Source: Candidatus Saccharimonadota bacterium (GTDB lineage: Bacteria; Patescibacteriota; Saccharimonadia; Saccharimonadales; Saccharimonadaceae). Taken from it: DNA of 64,000 bases. The notes under the pieces are model-generated. The model was not told the origin of the DNA. It ran no database searches and saw nothing but the letters and a program-made list of their open reading frames with translations. The position numbers and the translations under genes are program-made. Below, piece by piece: positions 37,320 to 47,631 of the stretch; positions within the stretch are counted from its first letter, which is position 1, and each line of letters starts with the position of its first letter. The DNA lies in the NCBI GenBank assembly GCA_017406905.1, contig JAFQXN010000002.1, positions 3,501 through 67,500 of the forward strand, given 5' to 3'.

Positions 37320-38120
37320 TTACTTCTTGTTGTGGACGTCTAGCTGGGTGTACGGGATGGAAATCTTGTGAGATTCAAGGGTGGAGACAGCGATGCCGAG
37401 AGCATTGCGCCGAGCTTGAAGGCGGTTGGCCGGATCGCAAACGATGACAAGCTGATAGTTGAGCGAAGATTCGGCGATTTCGGTAAGGCCTTGGTAGTCG
37501 CAAGAATTGATGAGGTCATTTTTTGCAACATTCTTGGCGATTTCTCGCATAACTTCCTCAGCCTTAGCAAATTGAAGTTCATACGGAAGCGGTATTGGGA
37601 GATAGATATAGCCTGGGTCGATTTCGACTTTATCAATGTTGCGATTGGCGATGGAGACGATGTCCATAGTGTTGATGTCCTGGATTTTGGTAGTGAGTAG
37701 GCTGATGGACGTAACTGGGCCGACATTATTATCGAATCTGATAACATCACCAATTTCATAATAATCATCCGAAATAATAACAAACCCGCGAATGATGTCT
37801 TTAAGTGAATCTTGAAGAGCAAAACCAACTACTATACCAACGATGCCGACGCCGGCGAGCATGGAAGTAACATTGACGCCGTAAATTTGGAGCACCATGA
37901 GAACGGTGATAATACTGAGTGCCCCAGCGACTACACTCTTGAACATACGGATAAGAGTCTTGTTCTTTTTGTTGCTGATGATTTTGGAAGATTTCTTCTC
38001 TTTCCTGCTTAATACGCGAGTAATAACGCGGTAAATAAACAAGCTAAATAAAATTACTACAACTGACCAGAAGCCGCGTTGCACCCAAGTATTTTCAACA
38101 ATATTTTTCAAAATATCCAT
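37320..38120 (-). CDS. mscS: small-conductance mechanosensitive channel family protein
   Basis: AGVGIVGIVVGFALQDSLKDII, YEIGDVI. Confidence 0.9.
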   Translation of the reverse strand: MDILKNIVENTWVQRGFWSVVVILFSLFIYRVITRVLSRKEKKSSKIISNKKNKTLIRMFKSVVAGALSIITVLMVLQIYGVNVTSMLAGVGIVGIVVGFALQDSLKDIIRGFVIISDDYYEIGDVIRFDNNVGPVTSISLLTTKIQDINTMDIVSIANRNIDKVEIDPGYIYLPIPLPYELQFAKAEEVMREIAKNVAKNDLINSCDYQGLTEIAESSLNYQLVIVCDPANRLQARRNALGIAVSTLESHKISIPYTQLDVHNKK

Positions 38121-38127
38121 AGGCTTA

Positions 38128-38382
38128 TTATATCATATAGTATAAAACTTCGTTAATGAGAGGCAAATTGCGACCACGCCAACTTTCGCGAATTTCACCT
38201 TTTTCGCCGAGGGCAAGAATAGTGGGATATTCGACGACGTCGTAAGCTTCACAAAAATTAGTATTTTGATCGGGATCCATAGTTTCTATTTCCCTGCCGG
38301 TCTGGCGACGAAAATTTTCAAGCCACTCGGAAACTGAGCGACTATAATCTTGATTGTCTCGATAAATACATACCACTCTCAT
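38128..38382 (-). CDS. thioredoxin-fold-like small protein
   Basis: YDVVEYPTILALGEKGE pattern; no CxxC. Confidence 0.55.
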   Translation of the reverse strand: MRVVCIYRDNQDYSRSVSEWLENFRRQTGREIETMDPDQNTNFCEAYDVVEYPTILALGEKGEIRESWRGRNLPLINEVLYYMI

Positions 38383-38384
38383 AA

Positions 38385-38855
38385 TTAATTGCCTATTTTC
38401 TTCATTTCTTTTTTAGCCTTTTGTTCCTTAAGAATATTCTCGAAATCTTCGAGAGTCTTGAACTCGCGAAAAACGGAGGCAAAGCGGACATAGGCAACTT
38501 CGTTGACATTTGCGAGGACATCGAGAACGGCCTCACCGATTTGCTTAGAAGTGATTTGGTCGGAACCGTAGCCATAAAGGATGTCAGTAGCACGATTAAC
38601 TACATCTTCGATTTCTAACTCGGAGTTAAAAAACTTGCCGACGCTGCGTTTGACGGCGAGGAGAAGCTTGTCGCGATCGTAGATTTCTTTGTTGCCGCTA
38701 CGCTTAGTAACTGTGAGTTGCGGCATTTCGATACGTTCGTATGTGGTGAAACGATGACCATCGGAAGAAACGCGACGTCGCCGAATCATGGTACCATCTA
38801 CCGTCTCGCGGCTTTCTAGAACTTTGCTATCTCCTATACGAAATTTTCGTTCCAT
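38385..38855 (-). CDS. nrdR: transcriptional repressor NrdR (Zn-ribbon cysteines absent)
   Basis: SKVLESR..IRRRR..RFTTYERIE, ATP cone VTKRSG..YDRDKL, VAYVRFASVFREF. Confidence 0.93.
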   Translation of the reverse strand: MERKFRIGDSKVLESRETVDGTMIRRRRVSSDGHRFTTYERIEMPQLTVTKRSGNKEIYDRDKLLLAVKRSVGKFFNSELEIEDVVNRATDILYGYGSDQITSKQIGEAVLDVLANVNEVAYVRFASVFREFKTLEDFENILKEQKAKKEMKKIGN

Positions 38856-38873
38856 TCCGCAACTCCTTTGATG

Positions 38874-40028
38874 TTATTTTTTCTTTTTGCCTTTTAGGCG
38901 CTCTCTGAGGGAAGGCGGTACATCCATATCCTCGTCGCTGGCGACGGGCTCTGGTTCTGGTTCATTTTTGATGGAATCCCACATATTGGATTTGTTTTCC
39001 AGAGCAAAATCTTTAGCCTCGGTAGTGGGCTTTTCGTCAGCAAATTTAGACTCTGGCTCTGGGGCTGGCTCTTCATTGTAATAATCGGAATCAAAACCAG
39101 TGGCAACAACAGTAACGATGATTTCATCTTCTAGCTCTGGGCGGATAGAAGCACCGAAGATAATATTAGCATCTGGAGAAACTGCACCAGTGATGACTTC
39201 GGCAGCTTCTTGAATTTCTGACATAGACATATCATAACCGCCCGCTACGGAGAACAATACCCCGCGAGCGCCTTCGATTTTAACCTCAATGAGTGGTGAT
39301 TCGACAGCTTGTTGGGCAGCGATAACAGCACGATTTTCGCCAGAAGCGCGACCGATACCCATAAGGGCCGAACCGGCATTTTTCATGATGGCTTTGACAT
39401 CGGCGAAGTCTAGGTTGATGAGAGAATGCTCAGTAATGAGCTCGGAGATACCTTGAACGCCTTGGCGAAGGACGTCGTCGGCGATTTTGAAGGTTTCTAA
39501 GAGTGGGGTGCGAGGGTCGATGGTCTGCAAAAGACGGTCATTTGGGATAGTAATAAGGGCATCAACTTGGCGAGCAAGCTTGTCAATAGCGAGGTCTGCA
39601 TTAGCGCGACGACGAGCGCCTTCAAAGGTAAATGGCTTAGTGGCCACACCGACGGTGAGAATATCTTTTTTACGAGCTTCTTCGGCTACAATAGGTCCAG
39701 CGCCAGAGCCAGTGCCGCCACCAGCACCAAGCGTAATGAATACCATATCGGCACCATCTAGAGCTTTTTCGATAGCTTCCCTGCCCTCTTCAGCGGCTTC
39801 GCGACCTTTTTCTGGATCGCCACCGGCACCAAGGCCTTTGCCGATATGGACTTTAACGTCGGCGGGCGAGTGATGTAGGGCTTGAGCGTCGGTATTGATA
39901 GCTACAAATTCAACGCCAGAAAGCCCGACTTCTTTCATTCTCTCTACGGCAGATCCGCCGGCACCACCAACTCCCACAACTTTAATACTAGCTTTGCTTT
40001 CCACCTCTGTCGGTTTAATTTCTGGCAT
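38874..40028 (-). CDS. ftsZ: cell division protein FtsZ
   Basis: GVGGAGG, GAGGGTGSG, NLDFAD, C-terminal DVPPSLR. Confidence 0.98.
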   Translation of the reverse strand: MPEIKPTEVESKASIKVVGVGGAGGSAVERMKEVGLSGVEFVAINTDAQALHHSPADVKVHIGKGLGAGGDPEKGREAAEEGREAIEKALDGADMVFITLGAGGGTGSGAGPIVAEEARKKDILTVGVATKPFTFEGARRRANADLAIDKLARQVDALITIPNDRLLQTIDPRTPLLETFKIADDVLRQGVQGISELITEHSLINLDFADVKAIMKNAGSALMGIGRASGENRAVIAAQQAVESPLIEVKIEGARGVLFSVAGGYDMSMSEIQEAAEVITGAVSPDANIIFGASIRPELEDEIIVTVVATGFDSDYYNEEPAPEPESKFADEKPTTEAKDFALENKSNMWDSIKNEPEPEPVASDEDMDVPPSLRERLKGKKKK

Positions 40029-40100
40029 AATAATTCCTCGCTTTAATATAGTATCAGTATATACCTAATCTGTGGGAAAATCAAGAGGCTATCTGGAATA

Positions 40101-41870
40101 TTATGATTCGGCTGGGTGGTAGACTGCGCCAATAAACCAAGCTTCGCCAGATGATTTGTCGCGAATGAGGAAGAGGAATGGCTGATCGAAAGTAAGGTTG
40201 ATTTCTTCGACCGGAACATCCCATTTGTACTCGAAATATTTTGGATGAGCAGCACCAAGACCGCCGACAATACCAGTAGTGGCAGCAGCTTTAATTCCAT
40301 CGTTGGAGAAATCTATGTCGGCTTTATGGACGACATCCTGAATATAGGATTCCGGTAAATTAGTCAAATTGGAGAGATCTGCAACGTTAAAATCAAATAT
40401 ATCGTTGACGCCGAGTATTTGAAGATCTTCACGGATGCCAAGATCGTAATTAAAATTAAAGAATGGTATATGGGCGGAAATTTTGGTGACTGTTCTATCT
40501 GTATAATTAGACATTACAGATGAATCTTTGAGGCCACCGATGAGGTTGGCAGCTTTTTCGACGGTGAGTGCATCAATATAGGTGTTTAAATCTTGATTTT
40601 TAGGCATGATACCAACATACTGAAGTACTGAGCCGTCGTATTCTTGAAGATCTTTAGCGAAGACTTTTTCGTTGTCGGTGTCAAGGAAATAAAAGTCAGT
40701 AGAGGTAGCGATTTGGCCATAATTAGAATTGAGCCGTTCCATATATAGGTCGATGTCGAACTCGGTGTCGTATTGATCTATATTCTCGGTGTCTTTTTGA
40801 ACTTCGGCTAGCCATTCGTCGTAGGCGGCTTGGACGGTGGAGCGGATATATTCTTCGCCAAGCTCGTTGACAATATCGTAGCGATTGACGCTGGCGCCGA
40901 TTCGCGCGGAGTCGACCTCTTGATTATTGAAGTTGATTTTGTCGAATTCGGTATGGGAAATGCCTAAGATTTCTACGGAATCGCTGTAATTTTCATTGTA
41001 GTAATTTACGCTATAATTTTTGCATGGCATATCTTTTGTGGGGTTGTAGAAACATTGGAGTTGATTGTTCCAGTTCATATCAATCGCGAGCGCATTGGCA
41101 AGGATAAAGTCGCCGTCTAATGCGGTTTCGTCGAATATGTTATTAACTATGCCTAGAGTCTTATCGCTCACCCATTGATTGAATGGCTCAACACTTTGGA
41201 ATGATTCATTAACGACTTCGGCATCGAATTTTTGTTTGAGCGTTTGAGTGTAAGAATCTAGAATATACTCTTTGACGCTATCGCGGATAAACATAGCGTT
41301 GGCTATGGAGCGATGCGAGCTGTTGGCATAAGATTTGGGCTGATAGTCACCGATGAGATTGGTGATTTGAGTTTTGGACTCGCCGGCAGTGGCTTCGGAA
41401 AGCATAGCGAGAGCGTACTTAATGGAAAGTGGGCTGTATATAATATTGTCTTTAGCGGTGGCGTCTTCAGTCGCTAAGCGAAGGAAGGTGAAATCGAAAT
41501 CGCTTAATTGGCCGAGGTCATAACTAGCTGGCTCTTGAGCGTCAGGAGATTGTTCGTCTTGTGATGGCTCAGAATTGCCCGAGAACATAAACCAAGCGAG
41601 ACAGCCTGCGCCAGCTATGAGCACGATGAGAATAATTAGAAGAGCAATGAGGAGTTTTTTGGATTTCTTGGCAGGGGCTGGCGATTCTGGCGTAGGTGAT
41701 GGCTCCGTTGAATCCAGAGCGGGCGTAGGTGATTCTGGGGAGGGAGTCGGTATGGTAGATTCTGGCTTTGAGGTGGGCTCAGGAGTGGGTTCTGGAGATG
41801 GCGCAGGCTCTGGGGCGAATGCCTGCTCCAATTGTGAATTAGATTCTGTGTGCTCTTTGGATGGTTCCAT
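40101..41870 (-). CDS. membrane-anchored serpin (serine protease inhibitor)
   Basis: NIIYSPLSI..ALAML, hinge DFSNDGIKAAATT, FDQPFLFLIRD. Pro-rich N-terminus followed by a TM helix. Confidence 0.9.
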   Translation of the reverse strand: MEPSKEHTESNSQLEQAFAPEPAPSPEPTPEPTSKPESTIPTPSPESPTPALDSTEPSPTPESPAPAKKSKKLLIALLIILIVLIAGAGCLAWFMFSGNSEPSQDEQSPDAQEPASYDLGQLSDFDFTFLRLATEDATAKDNIIYSPLSIKYALAMLSEATAGESKTQITNLIGDYQPKSYANSSHRSIANAMFIRDSVKEYILDSYTQTLKQKFDAEVVNESFQSVEPFNQWVSDKTLGIVNNIFDETALDGDFILANALAIDMNWNNQLQCFYNPTKDMPCKNYSVNYYNENYSDSVEILGISHTEFDKINFNNQEVDSARIGASVNRYDIVNELGEEYIRSTVQAAYDEWLAEVQKDTENIDQYDTEFDIDLYMERLNSNYGQIATSTDFYFLDTDNEKVFAKDLQEYDGSVLQYVGIMPKNQDLNTYIDALTVEKAANLIGGLKDSSVMSNYTDRTVTKISAHIPFFNFNYDLGIREDLQILGVNDIFDFNVADLSNLTNLPESYIQDVVHKADIDFSNDGIKAAATTGIVGGLGAAHPKYFEYKWDVPVEEINLTFDQPFLFLIRDKSSGEAWFIGAVYHPAES

Positions 41871-41901
41871 AGTGTGGTTCCCTTTAATAAATTATAATTA
41901 T

Positions 41902-43149
41902 TTAAAATTTGGAAAAAATCTTTTTAATGAGGCCAACAGGGCCCGAGCCAGATTTGGGTGTTTTGGCAGATTTGGAGGATTTTTTGCTGGTGGGAGCAGT
42001 ATATTGAGCAGATTCTGCGGCGAGCATGGCTAGACCAGCTGCGGCGGCAAATTCGGGCTTTTCGATGGCGTCGGAAACTCCTCCGAGGCCTTTGGGTGTG
42101 CCAATTTTGACGGCTGCTTCGAGGGATTTTTTGGCGAATAAATCTATGTCGCGCATTTTAGCCCCACCACCGACTAAAACGATGCCCTCGGGGAGACGCT
42201 GATCGTACTTGGCGGATTTGAGTTTTTTACGAATTTCGCCAAAAATTTCATCGAGGCGAGCTTTGACAACTTCTTCTACTTCTTTGCGGTCAAAGACTCT
42301 TTCGTCTTTACCTTCCCTGCCGATTTTGATGACTGGGCTTTTGTCGGTATCGAAATTACCGGTAACGAAACGAGTTTTGATTTCTTCAGCAAGACCAGGA
42401 TCGATAGCGAGAACGATGGCGAGATCGTTCGTGATATTGTTTGAGCCGGCTGGCACAACGCCCACATATTGCAAATCACCTTCTTCGTAGACTGCAACTG
42501 AAGTGGTGGCGGCACCAAAATCTACAACGGCAACGCCGTTTTCTTTTTGACGCTCGGTAAGGACGGCCTTGGCAGCAGCTACAACGCTAGGAATGAGCCT
42601 TTCGGCGTGGACATCAGCGGCAGAGGTGGCTTTTTTGAGATTTTCACAATTTGGAGTGAGTGCCGAGATAACATTGGCGCGCATCTCTAGGCGTGCACCG
42701 GACATGCCGAGCGGATCCTTAATCCCTCCTTGCCCGTCAAGAGCGTATTCTAGTGGAACTACATCCAAAACATCGCGATTGGCTGGAATGCGGCCAGATA
42801 CGGCTACTCCTTCTACTCTGTCTAAATCTTCGTCGTTAATCTCGTGTTCTACCGTACCGACGGCAATCATACCTTCGGTATGAGTAGAAATGACGGTGGA
42901 GCCATTAATAGAAACATAGGCTGAGCGCACATCATAGCCACCCATACGTTCTGCATCGCCGAGCATTTGGTCGATAGAACCGGCTGGGCCAGCAAGATTG
43001 GCTGGTACACCTTTGCGCATACCGGCGGATTTACCTTCATTGTAGCCGACGATGGCAATTTCGCCGCTTTTATTAACACTGGCAATCACGGCACGGACGT
43101 TTTCTGTGCCTACGTCGAGACCTGTAACAAAACGATTATCGTTATCCAT
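41902..43149 (-). CDS. ftsA: cell division protein FtsA
   Basis: GLDVGTENV, VVDFGAATT, LVGGGAKM. Confidence 0.95.
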   Translation of the reverse strand: MDNDNRFVTGLDVGTENVRAVIASVNKSGEIAIVGYNEGKSAGMRKGVPANLAGPAGSIDQMLGDAERMGGYDVRSAYVSINGSTVISTHTEGMIAVGTVEHEINDEDLDRVEGVAVSGRIPANRDVLDVVPLEYALDGQGGIKDPLGMSGARLEMRANVISALTPNCENLKKATSAADVHAERLIPSVVAAAKAVLTERQKENGVAVVDFGAATTSVAVYEEGDLQYVGVVPAGSNNITNDLAIVLAIDPGLAEEIKTRFVTGNFDTDKSPVIKIGREGKDERVFDRKEVEEVVKARLDEIFGEIRKKLKSAKYDQRLPEGIVLVGGGAKMRDIDLFAKKSLEAAVKIGTPKGLGGVSDAIEKPEFAAAAGLAMLAAESAQYTAPTSKKSSKSAKTPKSGSGPVGLIKKIFSKF

Positions 43150-43190
43150 GATTTTATTATAGCATATAATAAATAACTAATTTCAAGATT

Positions 43191-43967
43191 TTAATCTGGC
43201 AAGGTTAAAACTTCGTAACCGTCTTCAGTGACAAGAACAGTGTGCTCGCAATGGCAACCAATGGAACCGTCTTTCATTTTGACCGTCCAACCATCGTCTT
43301 TGTCGGTGTAATTGGCGGGTTTGCCAAGACATGACATAGGCTCAATACAAATGGTGTCGCCTTCGACTAATTTATAGCCACGACCTTTTTTGCCGTAATT
43401 TGGTACTTCTGGCGCTTCGTGCATAGTCTTGCCAATGCCGTGGCCGATATAATTCTCAATAACGCCGAGGTGGCCTTTTCTAAGGACTGTTTCGACGGCA
43501 TGGCTGATGTCGCCAATGTGGGCGCCCGGTTTGACCTGTTCAATACCTTCCCACATCGCAGATTCGGTGACAGAAATCATCTTTTTGACCGCCGGAGAAC
43601 CTTTTGTGCCGACAATCATAGTAAAGGCAGAATCAGTGAAATACCCCTTGTAATATATATCTAGATCAAAGGAGACCTTATCGCCCTCTTGCAGGACTTC
43701 GTCGGTCGGAGCACCGTGCACGAGGCCGTCGTTAATAGAAATACAAATGGCGCCCGGAAAACCATCGTCAAGCATATCGTAGGCGACTTCGGCGCCACGA
43801 GTGACGATTTCCTTGCGCACCCAAGAATTAATTTGTTTGCCAGTCATACCAGGCTGTACGTAATCTTTGAGATCACGGAGTAACTGCCCAAGAATCTTGC
43901 CGCCTTCGCGCATGGCGGTAATTTTCTCCTGTAAAGTTTTGGCGGTGGCGGTTTCTTTATTCACCAT
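43191..43967 (-). CDS. map: methionine aminopeptidase type I
   Basis: CISINDGLVHGAP, DSAFT, GHGIG..HEAP, HCEHT. Confidence 0.96.
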   Translation of the reverse strand: MVNKETATAKTLQEKITAMREGGKILGQLLRDLKDYVQPGMTGKQINSWVRKEIVTRGAEVAYDMLDDGFPGAICISINDGLVHGAPTDEVLQEGDKVSFDLDIYYKGYFTDSAFTMIVGTKGSPAVKKMISVTESAMWEGIEQVKPGAHIGDISHAVETVLRKGHLGVIENYIGHGIGKTMHEAPEVPNYGKKGRGYKLVEGDTICIEPMSCLGKPANYTDKDDGWTVKMKDGSIGCHCEHTVLVTEDGYEVLTLPD

Positions 43968-44550
43968 AACTTTGTTCTATTTCCCCGCCGTTAACATCGG
44001 TGGATTGTTCGATGGCATTAGGATCGAATTCTTCGACTACTTTAACTAGGCGTGCGGTGACCTCTTCGACACTACCGACGCCATCAACACGTGTAACTGG
44101 AATATTCTTAGCCTCTAACAGAGGTAAAATTGAACAAATATTTTGTTCAAAAATCTCAAAGCGGCGCTTAATGCTGCTACGCTCTTTGTCGTCGTCGCGG
44201 CCACGAAGAGCGAGACGATTGAGAAGTTCATCCTTTGGTACTTCAAGGATGATGGCGCCGTTTATTCTGTCGGCCATGTGGTTTGCCATGTATTCAGCTT
44301 GAGCCTTGCTGCGTGGATAGCCGTCCAAGATAACGTCGAACCCTTCGGCTTCGGCCTTTTCAATTTGCTTGTTCATGAGGTTGATAACGTCTTCGTCGGG
44401 GATAAGATTACCGCCGTCGATAATTTCTTTATATTCGCCTGTATCGCGAATTGCCTGCCCAACGGATAGCCATTTCCAGCCAAAAATCTCTGATAAAGCT
44501 TTACCCTGAGTGCCCTTGCCGGAGCCGGCTAAACCAAATAGAATGATCAT
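43957..44550 (-). CDS. adk: adenylate/nucleoside monophosphate kinase (short LID)
   Basis: GLAGSGKGTQ, LDGYPR, RGRDDD. Confidence 0.85.
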   Translation of the reverse strand: MIILFGLAGSGKGTQGKALSEIFGWKWLSVGQAIRDTGEYKEIIDGGNLIPDEDVINLMNKQIEKAEAEGFDVILDGYPRSKAQAEYMANHMADRINGAIILEVPKDELLNRLALRGRDDDKERSSIKRRFEIFEQNICSILPLLEAKNIPVTRVDGVGSVEEVTARLVKVVEEFDPNAIEQSTDVNGGEIEQSYGE

Positions 44551-44659
44551 AAAACTCCTTTAATTATATTATACCACTCTTGACGAGTCCTGCTAGTTTT
44601 TCCCCTAAAATTGGTGACAATTTGGAATAATTTTAAAAGTTATTACTCGTTGACGTAAT

Positions 44660-44687
44660 ATAAAATCTCCCCGAGGGGAGATTTTAT
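44660..44687 (-). terminator. intrinsic terminator after rpsU
   Basis: AAAATCTCCCC-GA-GGGGAGATTTT. Confidence 0.8.
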
Positions 44688-44905
44688 TATTTGAGTCCTA
44701 ACTTGATGCGCTCGGTCTTCTCGGCCTTGCGAGCTTCACGGATGATGGCCTTGAGGCGTCGCTCGCGCTTAGAAATAGGTTTACTAAAACGCATTTGCGA
44801 TTTCTTCAAAGGCATCATGCCACTCTGAAGGACTTTACGGTTGAAGCGACGAATGATGTTCTCATTGGCTTCGCTTTGATCTTTTCTAGTAACTTTAATA
44901 GCCAT
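44687..44905 (-). CDS. rpsU: 30S ribosomal protein S21
   Basis: ENIIRRFNRKV..RFSKPISKRERR; TTGTGT-17-TATAAT promoter upstream. Confidence 0.9.
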   Translation of the reverse strand: MAIKVTRKDQSEANENIIRRFNRKVLQSGMMPLKKSQMRFSKPISKRERRLKAIIREARKAEKTERIKLGLK

Positions 44906-44990
44906 ACTGGTTTAATTATAGCACAGGTTAGGAGAAAACACAAGAGGGGGCCCGATGATAATAAAAAAGCCCTGAGGGCTTTCTTTGCAG

Positions 44991-45067
44991 TGGCGGAATC
45001 GACGAGACTCGAACTCGCGACCTCTGCCGTGACAGGGCAGCGCTCTAACCAACTGAGCTACGATTCC
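44991..45067 (-). tRNA. tRNA-Asp(GUC)
   Basis: GGAATCG...CGATTCC-G-CCA cloverleaf, anticodon GTC. Terminator AAAGCCC/GGGCTTT follows. Confidence 0.97.
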
Positions 45068-45174
45068 AACTTGTTTGATTATAACGTACTTTAGGAAAAA
45101 ACGCAAGACTGCAAAATTATTCCCCACCTTGATATTATCACACTTATCCTAAAATGTCAAGATGGGGGCTGGCG

Positions 45175-47211
45175 CTACATGCCTGGGATTTTGAAGGCGC
45201 TAGGATCAGAGGCTTGTGGAGTGTAAACTTGATCCTGCATGGCGGGCTGGGGGCCGAGTGATGAAGGTGTGGGTGGGATAACTGGGGCGGCAGGTTCAAT
45301 GGGGGCCGTAAACGGAGCCGGCGAGGAGGTGGGCTCTGAGGTGATTGGCGAATTGATGTCGATGGGTGGGGCAGGTGGTGGAGGGAGAACTTCTTCCCCA
45401 GGCATAGGCATATAATTGATTTCTGGAACGCCGTTGATTTCTGGGGTGGTAGCAACAGCAGGAGCGCTAGCTGCGGCGGGATTGCCGGCGAATGGCGAAA
45501 CTGGCGACGTAGGATTAGGGGTAAACGTAGGAGTACCTACGGGGCTACCAAACGATGACTCTGGAGCTGCTGGGGCGGCGCTCGGGTTGCTGAGGCCAGC
45601 GAGGGCGTCTTCTAGCATTTTGCCATACCTGTCAGCGCTAGTGTCGGATAGACTGGCGTCAAAATCGGCGGGAGGCGCGATAACCTTCTCTGGCTTGGCG
45701 ATTTCTGGGGATTCAGCAGGAGCGGCGGGTTCAGCCGTAGGCTCTGAAGACGGCTCCGGGGTGGGTAAAAAGCCAGAATTAGAGCTAGGTGTATCTGGGG
45801 TAGTGGGGAGTGATGATGGGGTGGCCGACGTAAGTGGCTCCGGAGTGGTAACCACGGGCGGGAGTGTAGGATCTAAGCTAGGAGTAGATGCGATGGGCGT
45901 TGGAGTAGGAACAGGAATGTCTGCTGGATCGGGAGTGGGGGCGGGATTTTCAGCCGGAGAAGCGGGGGCTGAAGTTTCAGCTGACGGAGCGGAAGCCGGC
46001 GAGGAGGTGGCGGAAGAAGCGGATGTTTCGCCGGAAACATCTTCTATTTTAACGGGGCGATTGCCGAGATCTGGAGTGGTCTCAGCACCAGCTTGAGCAA
46101 GGCTAGCTTCGGCAGCCTTGAGATCATCAAGTAGAGTGGATTCTTTCTCGGTGATGTTGTCATCTACCTCTTTGCTCTCATCTACGTTTTCTTCGCGACC
46201 ATGCCCGATGTCTAACTTGGTAGGATCGGAATCTTTCTTCTCTGAGGCAAGCTTGCTGGTAGGATCTTTAAATGAGAACATTTCATTATCAATATCTGGG
46301 GTGATATTTTTGGAAATCAACTGCTGATTAGCGCCAGACTCCATAAGACGAGAGGATACTCGCATGGTGCTAGGAGTGGTCTTGGCGTTAGAAAAACGAT
46401 TGGTGGCCGCGACGATACCGGTGAGGAAGGCTGTGGCTTCTTCTTTTTCGATTTTAGTCTTACTGTTAATGCTATAGAGGAGCTTGGCAATCATCTCGGA
46501 GACGGAACTGGCGGTCTTATCGCTCCATTCGATTTCACCGAATTTGCCAGGATTACCAGTGGTGATATTAACGATGGAAGCATCATGCATGATACGGCCG
46601 TGCTCGCGCAAGGCAGAGTCGAGATCTATGCCATTCGTAACATCGAGGGCGAGGACGAGGTCTACATTAAAATCGCCGTAAGAGAACTCTAAATCTTCTT
46701 CGGAGATGCGGGTGCGATAAGGAGTGATATATATCTTGACATAATCGCCATCGAGTTTATAGCGGAGGTGGTCGGCCTTGTCTTTATTGAGTGCAATAAC
46801 GAAATCTTGAAGAGTATCAACGGTGGGCTCAAAAGTCTCTTCCGGCTTGAGAAACTCAAGCGCATTAGGGGTGGCACCAGAATAAATAGCAGTAGCGCGC
46901 TTGCCTAATTTGTCTAAATAAAGAGATAGACCGATGGCGGCAGCCATTTCGTCAACTGAAGGATCACTGGAGAGAGCGATGAGGACATTGTGCGATTCAC
47001 CGATTTTGTGGGCAACTTCGGCAGGAATTTCAGGATCAGGAGCGGAATCTTTGGGCTGAGCGGGAGCAGAATCTGGCGATGCAATCGTGGGTGTAGGGAT
47101 AGCGTTTGGAACTGGATCAGGAGCAACTGAGTCTGGAGACTGAGTATCAGAAACCGGGGCAGCTGGAGCAGCTGGTGGCGTAGGATTAGTACCAGTGGGC
47201 CCGTCAGGCAT
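45175..47211 (-). CDS. DHH-superfamily-like protein with long Pro-rich N- and C-terminal extensions
   Basis: PSVDEMAAAIGL, LTGIVAATNRF; DHH-fold core with a degenerate motif. Confidence 0.65.
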   Translation of the reverse strand: MPDGPTGTNPTPPAAPAAPVSDTQSPDSVAPDPVPNAIPTPTIASPDSAPAQPKDSAPDPEIPAEVAHKIGESHNVLIALSSDPSVDEMAAAIGLSLYLDKLGKRATAIYSGATPNALEFLKPEETFEPTVDTLQDFVIALNKDKADHLRYKLDGDYVKIYITPYRTRISEEDLEFSYGDFNVDLVLALDVTNGIDLDSALREHGRIMHDASIVNITTGNPGKFGEIEWSDKTASSVSEMIAKLLYSINSKTKIEKEEATAFLTGIVAATNRFSNAKTTPSTMRVSSRLMESGANQQLISKNITPDIDNEMFSFKDPTSKLASEKKDSDPTKLDIGHGREENVDESKEVDDNITEKESTLLDDLKAAEASLAQAGAETTPDLGNRPVKIEDVSGETSASSATSSPASAPSAETSAPASPAENPAPTPDPADIPVPTPTPIASTPSLDPTLPPVVTTPEPLTSATPSSLPTTPDTPSSNSGFLPTPEPSSEPTAEPAAPAESPEIAKPEKVIAPPADFDASLSDTSADRYGKMLEDALAGLSNPSAAPAAPESSFGSPVGTPTFTPNPTSPVSPFAGNPAAASAPAVATTPEINGVPEINYMPMPGEEVLPPPPAPPIDINSPITSEPTSSPAPFTAPIEPAAPVIPPTPSSLGPQPAMQDQVYTPQASDPSAFKIPGM

Positions 47212-47351
47212 TATATAACCTTTCCATAGTTAGATATTACCATAAGCTTTAATTTTGTGCAAGAACTTTGCGAAAATCACCTCTTTACTTTTAGGGTAGA
47301 GAGTGGTATAATGGGTAAAAGTCATTAATTTTTAATCTATATAGGAAAAAA

Positions 47352-47606
47352 ATGCCGATTATTAAATCTGCCAAGAAGGCTGCTCGACAAGCGGAAAAAC
47401 GCACTGAGCATAATGTATCAATCAAGAAAGATATCAAGGCTGCATTGAAGGCTTTTAAGGCAAATCCGACGCCAGAGACTTTGGCGAAGGCACAGTCCGA
47501 ATATGATAAAGCCGTAAAGAAGGATTTGTTAAAGAAGAATACTGCTTCGCGTCGCAAGGCTAAATTGCACGCAATCGCGAAAGAAGCCAAAGTTAAATTA
47601 GCCTAA
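47352..47606 (+). CDS. rpsT: 30S ribosomal protein S20
   Basis: MPIIKSAKKAARQAEKR, KNTASRRKAKL. Confidence 0.96.
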   Translation: MPIIKSAKKAARQAEKRTEHNVSIKKDIKAALKAFKANPTPETLAKAQSEYDKAVKKDLLKKNTASRRKAKLHAIAKEAKVKLA

Positions 47607-47631
47607 AGTAAGCCCTGTGGGGCTTACTTTA
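47604..47631. terminator. bidirectional terminator between rpsT and the holA-like gene
   Basis: TAAAGTAAGCCC-4-GGGCTTACTTTA, 12-bp inverted repeat. Confidence 0.85.

Noticed and set aside
44944-44953. GGGCCCCCTC fragment (minus strand) matching the palindromic element core
   Set aside because: The other conserved blocks and stems are missing, and it sits just upstream of the rpsU -35 box.
45416-46096. 226-aa plus-strand Gly/Ala-rich ORF
   Set aside because: It is the antisense shadow of Pro-rich codons in 45175-47211.
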